A stretch of DNA of 64,000 nucleotides from Candidatus Harrisonbacteria bacterium (lineage in GTDB: Bacteria; Patescibacteriota; Minisyncoccia; UBA6257; 02-FULL-45-10c), in assembly GCA_016192685.1 (NCBI GenBank), contig JACPTS010000001.1, forward strand, positions 97,710 to 161,709, read 5' to 3'. The number at the start of each line of letters is the position of its first letter. The first letter of the stretch is position 1. The translations under genes and the position numbers were made by a program. Under the pieces are notes generated by a model, which saw only the letters and a list, made by a program, of their open reading frames with translations, was not told the origin of the DNA and made no database searches. Positions 44,583 through 54,861 of this stretch are shown here, in pieces.

Positions 44583-46072
44583 AATTTTGGCAATTCCGCC
44601 GCTATAAAATCAGCGATATTTTTCATGCTTTCCGATTGAGATAAATCAGAACCCTCGCCGGCCGAAGGCGCCCGATAACCCCGAATCCCTGCTTTTCCCA
44701 AGCTTTTCAAATAATTAATTGTTAGTTGGGGGTCAACTTTAAAGCCATTGACAATTTTATTGACGGCGTCCCGGCAAGAAGAAACATCCCGAACGAGAAA
44801 AATTCCCGGACAATCCAAATACCAAGGATAACCGAAAATAATCGCCGGCTTGGACCAGAGCGTCGCTTCCCAACCGGGAGCGCCGGAGGCCGTCGCCACT
44901 GCCTGGGATTCTTTAATTAATCGGTAGGAATTCGTTTCCACTGGAATAATTTTAACATTTTTAATTTCGGAAATTTTTTGATAATAGCCGCGATTTTTAT
45001 AATTGGAAAATCCCAAACCGAAACGAAGCCATTGAAGCGGATGTTCTTTCACGTAAATAATCCAATTTTCCGGCAAAGCGGCGGACAATGTTTCCAGCAT
45101 CAGAATCTGGTCAACAAAAACATCGCCTTGCGGAGCAGTGGAACATTCCGGCTGAACCTGTAACGCGACATAAATAAATTTCTTGGAAAAATCCGGAGCA
45201 GACTCAAAACTCCGGTATTCTTTTTTTAAATTATCCTGAACCGCGTAAGAAATGTTAAAAAATAATTTTTTAATCCAGCGCCGATAATTCCTACTCCCCC
45301 ACTTCCACCGTAAATAACCAAAAGATTTCCAAAAAATAGTTCCGTCTTGGATACTCGCTCTTACTTTTGAAATAAACAGCGGGTCTACCAAAGAATATTT
45401 CTTTTTTAGAAACCTCAGATTCCCCGGCATTTCATTGAAATCCTTTTTTGTCGTTCTTAAATAATACTTCCGGATATCCTCCGGCAAATCATCAACGCTG
45501 AAGTTTTTCTCCCGATTGAACTCCAATTCTTTTTGAAGCCGCTCACTGCCCAGCCAAAAATCTTTTAACGGCAATAATCGGCCGGGAATCCTGGTATCAA
45601 CAAAAGTAAGAACCTTAATTCCCAGAAGTTTAGCTAGGGAATAAAGAACAAAATCGTAAGAATTATGAGGAATATAGGAAAGAATCACGGCTTCCGGCTG
45701 ATATTTTTTTAACACGCCGAACCAATATTGAACCAGATGATAATAAAAATGCTTGCGCCTGTTAACCTCGTCTTTAAAAACCAAATTCATCGGTACTAAA
45801 TTATTAAGCATGGTTAAAGTTAAAGATTCGGTTCTATAAAGTTTCTCAATTAAATCAGTTCCCGGCGGCAAAAAATCAGACATATCAATACCAGCGGCTG
45901 GCCTGCCGTTCATCGCGTCTCCAAAAAAATGAAATATCGCTTCCGGCGGCTTAAATTCATCCGCGCCCTCGGAACCGACAAAATAAACAATTTCGTGATT
46001 ATGTTTTTTAAGCTCCGAGATAAGATGGATGAATTGCTGGCCCTTGTCCGGCCAAACCAAAATTAGTTTCAT
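44579..46072 (-). CDS. Capsule_synth/KpsS-like putative ulosonate transferase, paralog B
   Basis: YVALQVQPE, YVKEHP, ATASGAPGWEA, FGYPWY. Confidence 0.72.
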   Translation of the reverse strand: MKLILVWPDKGQQFIHLISELKKHNHEIVYFVGSEGADEFKPPEAIFHFFGDAMNGRPAAGIDMSDFLPPGTDLIEKLYRTESLTLTMLNNLVPMNLVFKDEVNRRKHFYYHLVQYWFGVLKKYQPEAVILSYIPHNSYDFVLYSLAKLLGIKVLTFVDTRIPGRLLPLKDFWLGSERLQKELEFNREKNFSVDDLPEDIRKYYLRTTKKDFNEMPGNLRFLKKKYSLVDPLFISKVRASIQDGTIFWKSFGYLRWKWGSRNYRRWIKKLFFNISYAVQDNLKKEYRSFESAPDFSKKFIYVALQVQPECSTAPQGDVFVDQILMLETLSAALPENWIIYVKEHPLQWLRFGLGFSNYKNRGYYQKISEIKNVKIIPVETNSYRLIKESQAVATASGAPGWEATLWSKPAIIFGYPWYLDCPGIFLVRDVSSCRDAVNKIVNGFKVDPQLTINYLKSLGKAGIRGYRAPSAGEGSDLSQSESMKNIADFIAAELPKL

Positions 46073-47868
46073 AGATTTGAATTTTTATTTAAATGGTATA
46101 TTTGATAAAAATAAGATTGCGGCTGTCGCAAAAGTTCCTGCGGCGCGCCGCTTTCCACAATGCGGCCTCCATCCAATACCAAAATCCTGTCAAATTCCCT
46201 AACCGTAGAAAGCCGGTGCGCGATCGCAAAAACCGTAATTTTGCCGCGCAAATCCGCGATTGCTTTCTGAATAAGCGCTTCTGATTCATTATCCAAAGCG
46301 CTGGTGGCCTCGTCAAGAATTAAAATCTCGGGTTTTCGCGCCAAAACTCTGGCTAGCGCGATTCTTTGTTTCTCTCCGCCGGAAAGACGGACTCCTCTTT
46401 CACCAACTATAGTTTCAAATTGCTCGGGAAGATTTTTAATAAATTCATAAATATTGGCCATTTTTGCCGCTTCAATAATATCCTCTTTATTCATCGCGGG
46501 GTCGTAAAATTTAATATTATTCAAAATAGTATCGTTAGTTAAAAAAACATCTTGAGACACATAGCCGATATTTGTTCTCCATTCCCGCAAACTGATGTCA
46601 GCCGCGTCTTCTCCGTCCAACAAAATTACTCCGCTCTTTGGTTTAAACAAACGCAAAAGCAAATCAACAATCGTGGTCTTGCCGGCGCCGGAAGAGCCGA
46701 CTAATCCCAATAATTCTCCCTTTTTAATATAAAAATTGTTATGGGACAATATTTCCTTCTGGCCGTCATAATCAAAACCGACATCCTTAAATTCCAAGCT
46801 ATGGCGGAAAGAAAAATTTTTTCTTCCGGAATCCGTTTCTTTATTGCTCGCGGCCTCTTCGCGGTAAGCCAAAACGCTGGCAAGCGACGGAATCAAAGAA
46901 TTCCACACATATACTTCCGATTGGGCCGCCTGAATACCGGCAAAAACCCTGTTAATCGCGTAAACCGCCACCGCGAAAGAACCGAGATTAAACGCGCCGC
47001 TTTTATAAAAAAAAGTAAATACGCCGACAATAAACAAAATGCCTACCGGCTGGAGCATCGCGGTATTAAAACTGCCGAGTTCTCCGATTTTAATTTGTAA
47101 ATTCTTTATATCGTCAAAATATGCTTCGCCTTTTCGCAATGCCCGCTCCTCGGCAAACATTGATTTAATGGATTTCATCCCGATAATATTCTCATTCACG
47201 TAATGGGCCAAATCTTTGGATCTTTGGACCATTTTCTGGGACAGGTTTCTGGTTTTATTGAATAACGGCTTAAATAAAAATAATATTGCCCCGCCAAAAA
47301 CAATAGCCAATACCGCGACCCAAAAAGAAACATTTACCACCAATAAACTATAAATGGCGATATTAACCGCTATTAAAAATGCGGAACTGATATGAGCCAG
47401 TAAGGCCGAACTATCTTTGACATTGGCCACTAAAATCTGATCCAAATGCCCGACTTTTTGCTTAGAAAGATAAGACCAATCGCCGGCAAAAGTTAATTTT
47501 AAAAGCTCCAGCCGGGTTTTTTTCTGGTAATCTCCGATAATAACATTGGTAATATATTGGCCGGCAAATAACAAAATAGCCTTAATAAAAAATAACAGCA
47601 AAATAAAAATAAGCAGGTATTGAATCGTAAAATTTATATTGGAATAAATAAAAAAACTCTCTATCGCTCTGGAAATAACATCGTTTGCCGGAACGTTATT
47701 TTTATCGGCAAAAGAAAGCAGGGGGATAATCGCGTTTATCCCGAAACCTTCCAGAATTCCGCTAAAAAAAGTCAGAACTGCCATAATCGCAATCTGCGAT
47801 TTATACTGCCCGAAAGCTTCTTTTAATAATCGCAACCATTCCGAAAATTTATATTTTTTATTGACCAT
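46069..47868 (-). CDS. ABC transporter TMD-NBD fusion (PglK/MsbA-like glycan flippase); start probably the ATG at 47868
   Basis: TM domain plus GSSGAGKT, LSGGEKQR, ILDEATS, IAHRL. Confidence 0.9.
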   Translation of the reverse strand: MVNKKYKFSEWLRLLKEAFGQYKSQIAIMAVLTFFSGILEGFGINAIIPLLSFADKNNVPANDVISRAIESFFIYSNINFTIQYLLIFILLLFFIKAILLFAGQYITNVIIGDYQKKTRLELLKLTFAGDWSYLSKQKVGHLDQILVANVKDSSALLAHISSAFLIAVNIAIYSLLVVNVSFWVAVLAIVFGGAILFLFKPLFNKTRNLSQKMVQRSKDLAHYVNENIIGMKSIKSMFAEERALRKGEAYFDDIKNLQIKIGELGSFNTAMLQPVGILFIVGVFTFFYKSGAFNLGSFAVAVYAINRVFAGIQAAQSEVYVWNSLIPSLASVLAYREEAASNKETDSGRKNFSFRHSLEFKDVGFDYDGQKEILSHNNFYIKKGELLGLVGSSGAGKTTIVDLLLRLFKPKSGVILLDGEDAADISLREWRTNIGYVSQDVFLTNDTILNNIKFYDPAMNKEDIIEAAKMANIYEFIKNLPEQFETIVGERGVRLSGGEKQRIALARVLARKPEILILDEATSALDNESEALIQKAIADLRGKITVFAIAHRLSTVREFDRILVLDGGRIVESGAPQELLRQPQSYFYQIYHLNKNSNL

Positions 47869-47949
47869 ATACTTCAATATAACCCTAAAAAATAAAAATG
47901 AGTTACCCGCTTTGGCACTCATTTTCATTATCTCCTGTTTAAAAGATTA

Positions 47950-48549
47950 TTAATCTGTAATGCTCCAGTTATAATCGCCTTTGCTGGCGCGATAGAGTTT
48001 GCATTTTTTAATGTCCGCGGAAGAAAGACTAAGCGCTTCACAATCTAAATTAGAATTAAAATCAATAGTTGTCAGCGTGCTTCTGGAAAGATTAATAGTG
48101 CTGCCAAGAGCGTAATTATCCGAAGAGCTGGGATTGCTAGCGGTATTAGCGGATTGCGACGCCGGTTGAATAATATTGCCGTTAACATCCACTAAAGCGC
48201 CATTTGGCAAACGAAAAGTTCCTGATGGCAAAGATGGGGCTGGAGATGGAGTGGGCGGAGCCGGTGAAGCTTTTTTCAACGCTTCCAAAAATTGGGCGGT
48301 TTGCGCCAATTTCTCTTCTATTTCCGTTTTTTTGGTTTTTGCCGTGGTCTGAACAACTGATTTTTCTTCTTTTTCCGGCTGACTAATGGCCGCTTCCTGA
48401 ACTATCTCCTGACTGCTGGTTGCGGCGACCGGCGCTTCGAAAACCCCGCTTTGTGGGGCTAAAGGCGCGGAAACCAAACCAACCGCCACTAAAATCGTTA
48501 CGGCAACGGACGCTATTTTATTAAAAACTGCGCTTAAAAATCCCCACAT
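47950..48549 (-). CDS. Secreted or anchored hypothetical protein with Pro/Ser-rich linker and a small Cys-pair C-domain
   Basis: Hydrophobic N-terminus; TGCTATAAT 6 nt before the ATG. Confidence 0.65.
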   Translation of the reverse strand: MWGFLSAVFNKIASVAVTILVAVGLVSAPLAPQSGVFEAPVAATSSQEIVQEAAISQPEKEEKSVVQTTAKTKKTEIEEKLAQTAQFLEALKKASPAPPTPSPAPSLPSGTFRLPNGALVDVNGNIIQPASQSANTASNPSSSDNYALGSTINLSRSTLTTIDFNSNLDCEALSLSSADIKKCKLYRASKGDYNWSITD

Positions 48550-48574
48550 ATTTTAATTATAGCAAATTCGTTTA

Positions 48575-50074
48575 TTAAAATTTCAAAATATGCCCCTGAA
48601 CAGTTAAAATCAGCTCTACAATTTCCCGAACCGCGTGCTGCCCGCCCTTGGCTGCCGCGACATAATCAACAATGGATCTTATTCTCGGATGGGCATCGGC
48701 AACCGTGATTGATACTCCAACCACATTAAAAACCGCTTCATCATTTAAATCATCGCCAATATAAGCCGCTTCTTTTTGAGAAAATCCGTACTCCGACATA
48801 ATCCTTTTTAAAATTTCCGCTTTTCCGCCGGCATCGGCTACGCCTTGCGAACATTTAATATTCCAAGTTTTACAACGGGCAGCCACTACCGGATTAATTG
48901 TTTTAGAAATGACGTAGGGTGTGATGCCAAACCGTTTCAGCATTTCAATGCTTAAACCATCTTTACGGCTGCAACGCACGGTTTCTTTCCCGTTTTGGTC
49001 AATATAAACAAATCCATCGGTTAGCACGCCGTCAAAATCCATTGCCAATAACTTAACATTTTTTAACTTTTCGGCTAATTCTTGATTAGAAAACCAGATC
49101 GCCCTCCTGGGAAAAATAATTCTTACCATCGCCCAAGACTTATCATCAAATAACACGAAAGCCAGTAAAAAAATCAGTGTGCCGAACGCCTTAAAAAAAG
49201 TCGCCGGCTCGCCAAAAAACAAAACTCCAAAAATCATCGTCATAATCAAATAACTGCTGTTCATTACCAAATTTTTAAAAGCGATAAAAGCGCCAAATTT
49301 ATAACTTAAAAGATTGAAAATCAAGGCGCCGACAAAAAATACGCTGGTACCGGCCGCTGCTAACCAAAACTTCCGCATTGACAAAGAAAAATCAGCTAAT
49401 AACTCAACCTGATTTAACCAAAATAATCCTCCCAAAGAAACCAAAATCGTTGCTAAACCTCCCCAAAAACTCAATGTCAAAGGATGAGATTCTTTAATCC
49501 ATTGGGCAATCCCTTGAATAACCGCCAAAAGCAGCATCACCGCAAAAGACAATTCAATCCAAAGCGGCAAATTAGAAATCTCCGCCAAAGACGGATAACC
49601 GAGAACTGTATATCCGGCTGCTGCGGCAAACACAATGCCTAAAATCTTCCGAAAATTTAAGGTATTGCCGAAAAGAAAATAACCAATCAGCGCTCCGGGA
49701 ACTATGGATAAAGTAACAATTAAAGTATTGACGCCTACATCTCCGCCGCTAGCAAAAACCAAAAAAGTGAGGATAGTGGCAACTGAAAAAATAATCCCAT
49801 ATAAAATTGCTCCGAAAATATGTTTTGGGGCATCCAGAATACTGCCTAAAGATTTATCAGTAAGTCCCCGGCTGACAGCATAAATAACCTGAAACAAACC
49901 AATAACTAAAGTAGCGGCATAAGCATGGCCAAAAGTAACGCTGAGCTGGCCGACGGATTTCTGAAATAACTTAGCTCCAGTTTTAAAAACCGCTTCCAGC
50001 AAAATCCATTTCATCCAGGACTCACCGGCCATCTTTCTGCCATCCCAAAATATCTTTAAAAAATTATTTGCCAT
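48575..50074 (-). CDS. EamA/DMT-type transporter fused to a KdsC/YrbI-type HAD phosphatase
   Basis: About 10 TM with GYFLFG.TL..KILG and GVLFFGEP..K.FG; then MDFDGVLTDG, KDG, YIGDDLND, ADAH, GGQHAVRE. Confidence 0.82.
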   Translation of the reverse strand: MANNFLKIFWDGRKMAGESWMKWILLEAVFKTGAKLFQKSVGQLSVTFGHAYAATLVIGLFQVIYAVSRGLTDKSLGSILDAPKHIFGAILYGIIFSVATILTFLVFASGGDVGVNTLIVTLSIVPGALIGYFLFGNTLNFRKILGIVFAAAAGYTVLGYPSLAEISNLPLWIELSFAVMLLLAVIQGIAQWIKESHPLTLSFWGGLATILVSLGGLFWLNQVELLADFSLSMRKFWLAAAGTSVFFVGALIFNLLSYKFGAFIAFKNLVMNSSYLIMTMIFGVLFFGEPATFFKAFGTLIFLLAFVLFDDKSWAMVRIIFPRRAIWFSNQELAEKLKNVKLLAMDFDGVLTDGFVYIDQNGKETVRCSRKDGLSIEMLKRFGITPYVISKTINPVVAARCKTWNIKCSQGVADAGGKAEILKRIMSEYGFSQKEAAYIGDDLNDEAVFNVVGVSITVADAHPRIRSIVDYVAAAKGGQHAVREIVELILTVQGHILKF

Positions 50075-51002
50075 GATTAACTAACTCCTCACAAATCTTT
50101 TTTGCAACCGCATATTGAGTTTCCGGAGTAAAAGTAGCAATATGCGGCATGGCAATAACTTTCGGGTGAGAAATCAAACGCTTAAGAATTTCATTATTAA
50201 ACGGCGGCTCTTCGGAAAATACGTCCAAAGCAACGCCGGCAACCCACCCGGATTCAACCGCCGCCAGCAACGCCTTTTCATCTGTCACTTCTCCGCGCGA
50301 AGTATTAATTACATAGGCTCCTGGTTTTAATAAAGATAATAATTTTTCATTAACTATTTGCTTGGTAAGGTCAGTCAATGGCACATGGAAAGTAATAAAA
50401 TCGCTTTTTTGAAGCAAGGTTTCCAATTCTGATTTTTCCACGCCAATACTCTTTAAAAAATCTTCATCATAGACTATATCATTTGCCAGCACCCGCATCC
50501 CTAAATTTCGCGCCATTTTCGCAACCTCTTTGCCGATATTTCCCAAACCGACGATTCCAAGAGTTTTCCCGGAAACTTGCGTTGCCGATGTCCGTTTCCA
50601 CTTGCCTTCTCTCATGTCATTGGCAAACGGCACGATATTGCGAGCCAAAGTAAAAATAAAAGCCATGGTCAGCTCGGCAACCGAATGTTTATTAATGCCG
50701 GGAAAAAACTTTAACGCAATTCCCCGCTCTTCCAGCGCCGGAATATCAATATGTTCTAACCCCACTCCAAATGGCATTACCACTTTAAGATTGGGAAATA
50801 GCGAAAATTCTTTTTTGCCAACCGGCAATAAAGCTCCGGCTACCATCGCCGCCACCTCTTCGGGATTAAAAGAAAATGGCGGGTTAAGCCGCTCATCTAG
50901 CACAACGCGCCAACTATGCTCATCTAAAAATTCCGCCAGGTCAGGAGAACGGACAATAGTATTAGAAAATGACGGAGTGGTGGTAAGAACTATTTTGGCC
51001 AT
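50064..51002 (-). CDS. D-isomer-specific 2-hydroxyacid dehydrogenase (SerA-like)
   Basis: GIVGLGNIG, HVPLT, INTSRG, LDVFSEEP, PHIA. Confidence 0.9.
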   Translation of the reverse strand: MAKIVLTTTPSFSNTIVRSPDLAEFLDEHSWRVVLDERLNPPFSFNPEEVAAMVAGALLPVGKKEFSLFPNLKVVMPFGVGLEHIDIPALEERGIALKFFPGINKHSVAELTMAFIFTLARNIVPFANDMREGKWKRTSATQVSGKTLGIVGLGNIGKEVAKMARNLGMRVLANDIVYDEDFLKSIGVEKSELETLLQKSDFITFHVPLTDLTKQIVNEKLLSLLKPGAYVINTSRGEVTDEKALLAAVESGWVAGVALDVFSEEPPFNNEILKRLISHPKVIAMPHIATFTPETQYAVAKKICEELVNHGK

Positions 51003-52165
51003 GGATGCTGTTTCAAGGCTTTTTCATTTATTTCCGTGCCCCAGCCTGGTCCTTTCGGAAGTTCCATCTGGCCGTTAATAATCTTCGGAACATTGGTAAC
51101 CACCTCATCCCGCCACGGCACATCTTCCACATCCAATTCCATAATCCGAAGATTGGGAATCACCGCAGAAAGCTGGGCGCTGATAAAAGTCGCCAAATGC
51201 CCGTTATGGTTATGAGGCGCAAAATTCATTTCCTGTAATTCCGCCAAGGCCGCGATTTCTTTAGCGCGGATAAATCCATTCCAGGTCGGATTGGAAATAA
51301 CAATATCCATGGCATGGCGTTCCAAATAAGGACGATATTGCCTCGCGCCGTAAAGGTCTTCACCGGAAGCAATTGGAATTTTTACTGAATCCCTAATCAA
51401 CCGAAGCGCGCCTGGATCATAAGAATCCAGTTCCAGCCACATCAAATTGTATTTTTCCAGCATCCGGCCAATTTTAATAAAGCCCTCGGTTTTAAAATTA
51501 AAATTAAGGTCTAAAATAATATCTATATCATCGCCGGCAGCATCGCGAAGCGCGCTTGCCCACTTATCAATCGCTTTCAATTTATAATTATCAACATTCA
51601 GTTCTGGCCAGCCATCGCTTTTAGCAAAGCCCGCCATATAAATTTCCGGCTTCTCGCCAAAAAATGCGACTTTCGGCTTAATCACTTTAAAACCGGAGGA
51701 TTTTACCTCTTTAATTAACTCTTTTAACTCGCTAAGCGACTGCATCTGCGGTTTGCCGATCGCGGCCGCGTCCCGAACCCGGGAAGTGGCAAAATGCGAC
51801 CAGTATAAAGGAATGGTCTCGCGGACTGGCCCACCAAATAATTCGTAAACCGGAACGCTTAAAGCTTTTGCTTTAATATCTAAAAGCGCGTTTTCAATGC
51901 CGCCAATGGCTTTTTGAATAATACTGCCCGGACTCTGCCGAGTCCGCGAATACATCAGCCAGTATAATTTTTCCACCAAACGCGGGTCCTGACCAACTAA
52001 AAGCGAACTTAAATCTTTAATAACTCCCTCAAGTCCGCGCGGCGAGCCATGGGAATCAGAGCATTCGCTCCAGCCAACCAAACCTTCATCTGTGGAAATT
52101 TTAACAAAAGTCCACGGCCGCCAGCCCGCATCACAATATAAAGCTTCTACTTTAGTAATAACCAT
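50990..52165 (-). CDS. Mandelate racemase / acid-sugar dehydratase (enolase superfamily)
   Basis: TDEGLVGWSE, ALLDIKAKAL..PVY.L.GG, metal ligands D/E/E (LDLN, LELD, SGED), PHN, PGWG. Confidence 0.88.
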   Translation of the reverse strand: MVITKVEALYCDAGWRPWTFVKISTDEGLVGWSECSDSHGSPRGLEGVIKDLSSLLVGQDPRLVEKLYWLMYSRTRQSPGSIIQKAIGGIENALLDIKAKALSVPVYELFGGPVRETIPLYWSHFATSRVRDAAAIGKPQMQSLSELKELIKEVKSSGFKVIKPKVAFFGEKPEIYMAGFAKSDGWPELNVDNYKLKAIDKWASALRDAAGDDIDIILDLNFNFKTEGFIKIGRMLEKYNLMWLELDSYDPGALRLIRDSVKIPIASGEDLYGARQYRPYLERHAMDIVISNPTWNGFIRAKEIAALAELQEMNFAPHNHNGHLATFISAQLSAVIPNLRIMELDVEDVPWRDEVVTNVPKIINGQMELPKGPGWGTEINEKALKQHPWPK

Positions 52166-52169
52166 TTTA

Positions 52170-52886
52170 TTATTTATTTAAATTATTCTTTAAATATTCG
52201 GCCACCATAAAATCCACTTCCGAATCAATGTCCACTGACCGGTCTTGTGGAACAATATAAGGCCGAATCCGCTCTCCGGTAATGGAATTATACTTGGAAA
52301 GTATATGGGGACGAAAAGCGACTAAATTAGCGCGAAAATAGGCCTTGGCATATCCTTGCCTAAGCAGAGGCGCCGCGTCTTTCGGGTCACCGCTGATATA
52401 GCCAACCACTAATTCTCCTCCCTTACCGTCCGGGACCAATTTTAAAGCTTTTGCCGGATGCTGGCTTGCCAGTGCCATTACAATAGAAGAGTCTGCTTCC
52501 GGATCATTTAAAAGCGCTTCCACGGCGCCGTCAAAATCGCCAGGCTGCTGAAAAGGCACGGTCGGCATTCCGCGCACCACTAAATCCGGCTCATAACTTT
52601 CATTTTCCCGAAGCCAATTTACCGCGTGATTCACATAATCAAAATCAGTGGATTTATCGCCGGAAAATTCTGCCGGCCGCAAAAATGGCGTTTCCGCGCC
52701 ATAATCTCTTGCCACTTTGGCATATTCTTCTGAATCAGTGGAAATAATCACCCGATTAACATATTTTGATTTTTTCGCCGCCTCAATAACCCAAGCCAAC
52801 AGCGGCTTTCCGCCAAGCAATTTTATATTTTTATTCGGAACGCCTTTTGAGCCGGAACGGGCGCCGATCAAAGCCAAAACCGTCAT
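52170..52886 (-). CDS. Acylneuraminate cytidylyltransferase family, copy 2
   Basis: ARSGSKGVPNKN, STDS, PFLRP, SVDIDS.VD. Confidence 0.9.
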   Translation of the reverse strand: MTVLALIGARSGSKGVPNKNIKLLGGKPLLAWVIEAAKKSKYVNRVIISTDSEEYAKVARDYGAETPFLRPAEFSGDKSTDFDYVNHAVNWLRENESYEPDLVVRGMPTVPFQQPGDFDGAVEALLNDPEADSSIVMALASQHPAKALKLVPDGKGGELVVGYISGDPKDAAPLLRQGYAKAYFRANLVAFRPHILSKYNSITGERIRPYIVPQDRSVDIDSEVDFMVAEYLKNNLNK

Positions 52887-52898
52887 TGATATTACAAC

Positions 52899-53810
52899 CT
52901 AAAATATAGCCACTGGGTTAACTGGCGAGCCAGTGGCATTTTTAAGCCGCAAAGGATTAATAGAAATCAAAAATTCCCAGCGTTTTTTTTCCTTGCAAAC
53001 TTTAGCTAACTCTTCAAGATTAGCATTATCTAAAATCCAAAGACCCATACTTACCAATGAAATCACATGGAATGGATTGTTAATATTGGGATATAAATTG
53101 CTTTTATGACTATTTGCAGTATCTGAACCAATAATGGAAACTTCTCGCTCGCGAAGCCATGGCATAGCGGCGGCGCTTAATCCTGGTTCTTTTGCAATTT
53201 CAATATTTTCTTTTGTTTCTAAAATTCTTTTATAATTGCCAGTCCGCACTAATAATACATCACCCGATTCAACTTTCACTCCAACAATTTTTTCTGCCGC
53301 TTCCAAATCCGCAACCGTTACTGCTTCTCCCGATTCCAACCATTTTTTATTTTTTATAGCGGCAACATCCAATAACACGCCTCGTGTGATAATACCGTTT
53401 CTCAAAACCTCCACATCATTGACTTGCGCGCCTTCCCGAGAACTGACCAAATCTGCCGGCCGGTTATTATACATCTTGCCTTTCCAAAAATAATGGGCCG
53501 GGCTGTCTATGTGGGTAATGCTGTTGCCATGAAAAACCATTCCAATGTATTCCAATCCCGCTCGCCGACCTTCGCCGCTGTCAATCTCTTTACGCAACGC
53601 TTGCGTTTTAAGATCCGGCTCCGGAGAACTCTCTATCGGTCTTGCGCAAGTAACTGAAACTCCATCCCGTACCAAAGCCAAAGATTTTTTGACTTTCTTC
53701 GGATTTATAAAATTAATCGTTCCCAGCTCATCTTCTTTTCCCCAGCGTTCCCAATTGCTTAAAGAATCCAAATAACTTAAAACTTCTTTTTCGCTAAAAT
53801 TATCATTCAT
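52899..53810 (-). CDS. Cyclase / kynurenine-formamidase-like metal hydrolase
   Basis: NW.RWG..DELGT.N, HG..THID.P.H, RGVLLD, GD.LLVRTG, GSD, GSPVNP.A. Confidence 0.88.
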   Translation of the reverse strand: MNDNFSEKEVLSYLDSLSNWERWGKEDELGTINFINPKKVKKSLALVRDGVSVTCARPIESSPEPDLKTQALRKEIDSGEGRRAGLEYIGMVFHGNSITHIDSPAHYFWKGKMYNNRPADLVSSREGAQVNDVEVLRNGIITRGVLLDVAAIKNKKWLESGEAVTVADLEAAEKIVGVKVESGDVLLVRTGNYKRILETKENIEIAKEPGLSAAAMPWLREREVSIIGSDTANSHKSNLYPNINNPFHVISLVSMGLWILDNANLEELAKVCKEKKRWEFLISINPLRLKNATGSPVNPVAIF

Positions 53811-53880
53811 AATATCGTAATTATATAACCCGCAAACAATACAAATAGTAATAAAAAAATACCCGTATTCTACAGGTATT

Positions 53881-54861
53881 TTATAAAATTTCCACTCCTT
53901 CTAAATTTCCTTCCAAAACATTCACTACATTCCGCGTAACTTTCAAAACAATTTCTTGTTCCGTGCTTTTAGTTAACGAGGCGCTATGAGGAGATAAAAT
54001 AATATTGCCGCCATTTTTTCCATACTCTATCAGTTTTTTCATAAACAGCTGATCAAACGGCGGCTCGCTGGAAAAAACATCCAGCGCGGCTCCGCCAATT
54101 TTTTTAGCCATTACTAATTCGGCCAGGACTTCTTCATCAACAACTGCGCCGCGGGAAATATTTACCAAAAACGCATCAGGCCTCATCAATGAAAGCAAAT
54201 TCTTACCAATCAAGTTAGTGGTTTCCGGAGTGAGTAAAACTGATACTACTACGGCATCACTGGCAGACATCACTTGGGGAAGCTCTACCAATTTTAATCC
54301 GTATTTATCTGCTATTTCTAACACTTCTGGCCGCCGCGATTGATTCCAACCAATAAGATTTCCGACACCTAACGCATGCAACTTCTCTGCCAAGAGACGC
54401 CCAATAGAACCAACCCCTACGATTCCTACGGTCATTTCTGATAAAGATTTGCCTCGGCTTTTCTGCCATATACCCCCAAGCATATTGCTATGCATCGGTA
54501 CAATATTTCTAGAAAGCGCTAAAATAAGGCCCAAAACAAATTCGCTGACTGGCTTAGCATTTAAGCCGGAAACACGGGTAACCCTAATTCCTTTAAGCCG
54601 AGCGGCAGCAAGATCTACGTTGTTATAGCCAGTTCCATTTCTGGCAATCGTCTTTAAATTTGGAAAAAGGCGCATAACCTCATCACCGCATTCTTTATCA
54701 CCCAATACCAAAGCAATCACTCTCTCCGCCATATCCACTGACAATTTAAAATCATCAGTTCGGATTAATTCAAATCGATCCTGAAAAACTTCCTGATTTG
54801 CTAACCCTCTCTCATTCCAAAAACCGCGCGCTGCTATTAGAATTACTGGTTTTTGATTCAT
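53881..54861 (-). CDS. D-isomer-specific 2-hydroxyacid dehydrogenase, second copy
   Basis: RNGTGYNNVD, GIVGVGSIG, NISRG, LDVFSSEP, SPHSA. Confidence 0.9.
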   Translation of the reverse strand: MNQKPVILIAARGFWNERGLANQEVFQDRFELIRTDDFKLSVDMAERVIALVLGDKECGDEVMRLFPNLKTIARNGTGYNNVDLAAARLKGIRVTRVSGLNAKPVSEFVLGLILALSRNIVPMHSNMLGGIWQKSRGKSLSEMTVGIVGVGSIGRLLAEKLHALGVGNLIGWNQSRRPEVLEIADKYGLKLVELPQVMSASDAVVVSVLLTPETTNLIGKNLLSLMRPDAFLVNISRGAVVDEEVLAELVMAKKIGGAALDVFSSEPPFDQLFMKKLIEYGKNGGNIILSPHSASLTKSTEQEIVLKVTRNVVNVLEGNLEGVEIL

